Below are positions 61,758 to 64,000 of a stretch of DNA of 64,000 nt, piece by piece. Location of the stretch: positions 19,344,001-19,408,000 of the forward strand of contig OZ024765.1 of assembly GCA_964016885.1 (NCBI GenBank), in the 5' to 3' direction. Position 1 is the stretch's first letter. Each line of letters begins with the position of its first letter. The notes under the pieces are model-generated. The model worked only from the letters and a program-made list of their open reading frames with translations. It ran no database searches and was not told where the DNA came from. The DNA is from Eledone cirrhosa (taxonomy: Eukaryota). The position numbers and the translations under genes were made by a program.

Positions 61758-62330
61758 GAAGACGTGACAGAGTGTCTGTTGTAAACACTAAATCCCTCCC
61801 CCATGAAGAATGCACCTCCCAACATAGCCTCATAGTTAGCGACCTCATAGTCAGGACGAGACGTATTCGACAACAGAGGAGGACTACCCTAAGGAGAAGA
61901 ATATGTAAGTTAAAGGACCCCACAGCTAGTAACAAATTTAAAAGCATATTACTTGATGCTTTTGACAGTAAGGAAGAGCAATTAGAGACATACAATATAG
62001 ATGCACAGAATGTGTTGAGAGAGAAACTGTGTCTGAGAGGGAAAGAATGTAGTGTACGGGAGAGGAGACTGAGGTGGTATGGACATGTGATGCGCATGGA
62101 GGATGACCGATGGGTGAAGAAGTGCCAGGAAATGCCAGTTGAAGGAAGACGTGGTAGAGGTAGACCACGAAAAACATGGGCAGAGGTGGTGAGAACAGAC
62201 CTCAGATCGCTGAAGCTCACGGTGGAGATGACGAAGGACCGTGATAGGTGGAGAGATGTTGTGCTGAATAGGACCCGTCCCACCCTTGCAAGCAGGGAAA
62301 AGCGGACGTAAAATGATGATATGATGATGA
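61758..62330 (+). mobile_element. RTE family A APE fragment joined to an RTE family B 3' end
   Basis: 61758-62005 matches 31770-32010; 62008-62330 matches the reverse complement of 55220-55525. Confidence 0.82.
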
Positions 62331-62639
62331 TTCATATATGCATAGATATATATACATATGTATATATATACATAAATGAAGTAATTCCATCGGAAAAGTC
62401 CAGGAAAAAAGAGTGCTCTATGTAGGCAACAGAGCTTAATTATTATTATTATGTAATAAACAACATAAGGCAATTATTCCATTTACCAGTGGTTTCTTAA
62501 AAGCAAAAGGTTTTGCTTTCAATCCTCAGAACGAAAAAATCCTGGTTTGTTTATTGAATTTGGATTACAAAAACCTATATACATATGTATATACATATGT
62601 ATATACATATATACATATGTATATACATACATATATGCA

Positions 62640-63055
62640 TAGGTATGGACATGTGATGCACATTCTTTTGCCATCTCCTCTGTCAGTTTTAGATATTTGA
62701 AATCAGTTTTCACCATCTCCGCCCAGTTCTTCTTTGGTCTTTCTCTACTATGGCTTCCTTCCACTGGGATTTCTTGGCACTTCTTCACTCAGTGATCATT
62801 ATCCATGCACCCTACATACTACTACTGTTTCCTCTTATACTTAGTTTCTCCTTCAGTTCATCTGTGCTTCGTCGTTCTCAGATATTAACATTGCACATCC
62901 ATTGAAGCAGGCTTGCTTTATTTCTCTCTAGTCATTGCATATCCTCAGCATTCACTACCCATGTCTCACTACCATGCAGTCCCACACTTCATACACAAGC
63001 ATCATACAGCCAATCTTTCATTCATAGCGAGAGACCCTTTGTTGTCAACAGAGAT
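62640..63055 (-). mobile_element. Old degenerate RTE 3' fragment
   Basis: LYDACMK..LHGSETW...KKCQEIPVEGSHSRERPKKNWAE. Confidence 0.65.
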
Positions 63056-63062
63056 GACTAAA

Positions 63063-63300
63063 CAAAACTGATTCCAGACTTCCAGATCAGGTATACAGAC
63101 AGTTCCAGATGTCTAGACAAAACTGATTCCAGACTTCCAGATCAGGTATACAGACAGTTCCAGATGTCTAGACAAAACTGATTCCAGACTTCCAGATCAG
63201 GTATACAGACAGTTCCAGATGTCTAGACAAAACTGATTCCAGACTTCCAGATCAGGTATACAGATGTCCAGATGTCTAGACAAAACCGATTCCAGACTTC
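63063..63300. repeat. 55-bp tandem repeat (~4 copies)
   Basis: CAAAACTGATTCCAGACTTCCAG... at 63063, 63118, 63173 and 63228. Confidence 0.88.
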
Positions 63301-63584
63301 TGAAACCTAAAGCACGACACAGTAAAATGTTGTCAACGAAGGGTAACCCTTTTGATACCAACCCCCCCGAAACCATCCCCGATTCTACACAACAAAACTG
63401 TTTTGTTTCAAAGTGTTTATATTTATCTAAAACCCCTCCATATACTCGACCATGAAGCATGTTGTAGTGGGTTACATGGTACCAGTGGCTGGCAGACGCC
63501 TCACCTGACCTTTTGATAACATTCAAGGGCAAAAACAAAAGAAAGACATTATATGAAACAGTACAGTAATAGTAATAATAGTAA

Positions 63585-63780
63585 TAATTATTTCTACTTT
63601 TTGGCACAAGGCCAGCAATTATCCCAGTGCATTACTGGTACTTTATTTTATCGACCCCGTAAGGATGAAAGGCAAAGTTGACCTCGGCGGGATTTGAACT
63701 CAGAATGGCAAGGGCCGTAACTCTATGCGTCAAAGCACGGCGTCCGACCCTCTACCGATACTGCCAATCCACCGCCTTCA
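63585..63780 (-). mobile_element. Full-length SINE (GCCTTTCATCCTT family)
   Basis: Reverse complement of 25780-25970. Confidence 0.8.
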
Positions 63781-64000
63781 GTAATAGCAGTAGTAATAGT
63801 AGTAGTAGTAGAAGTAGTAGTAGAAGTAGTAGTACTTACGTCATCGCAGCCGACTGTGATATTCGTGGTAATTTGTCCAGTCTTAGTACCCTGTAGTCCA
63901 CTAGTGTCCACATCAACGCCACATTGGACAATAAACGTGGTTGCATCACTATTAGCATATGGCTTTAAACTTTTCCGAATCTCCGCTAGCGCCTTCTGGT

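Overview
Repeat-rich animal genomic DNA, most likely a cephalopod (octopod-like SINE/RTE repertoire, abundant TA/CA microsatellites); the taxon is an inference. The only host gene is a minus-strand LATS/Warts (Hippo pathway) kinase, seen as a ~4.0 kb coding exon (15799-19794) plus a 97-bp upstream exon (21806-21902) that is absent from the ORF track. The rest appears intronic or intergenic: a 9-kb 40-bp satellite, many mini/microsatellites, defective RTE LINEs, R4/Dong-like and Penelope-like fragments, tRNA-derived SINEs and hAT/mariner/TTAA-type MITEs. Three things stand out. First, foldback elements carry minimal hammerhead ribozyme motifs, including an inverted pair at 45.4-46.1 kb. Second, the RTE LINEs carry a C4HC3 PHD finger inserted inside the reverse transcriptase. 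Third, there is a modular SINE/LINE tail-sharing system whose internal modules have repeatedly expanded into tandem arrays. Most ORFs in the track are microsatellite artefacts.
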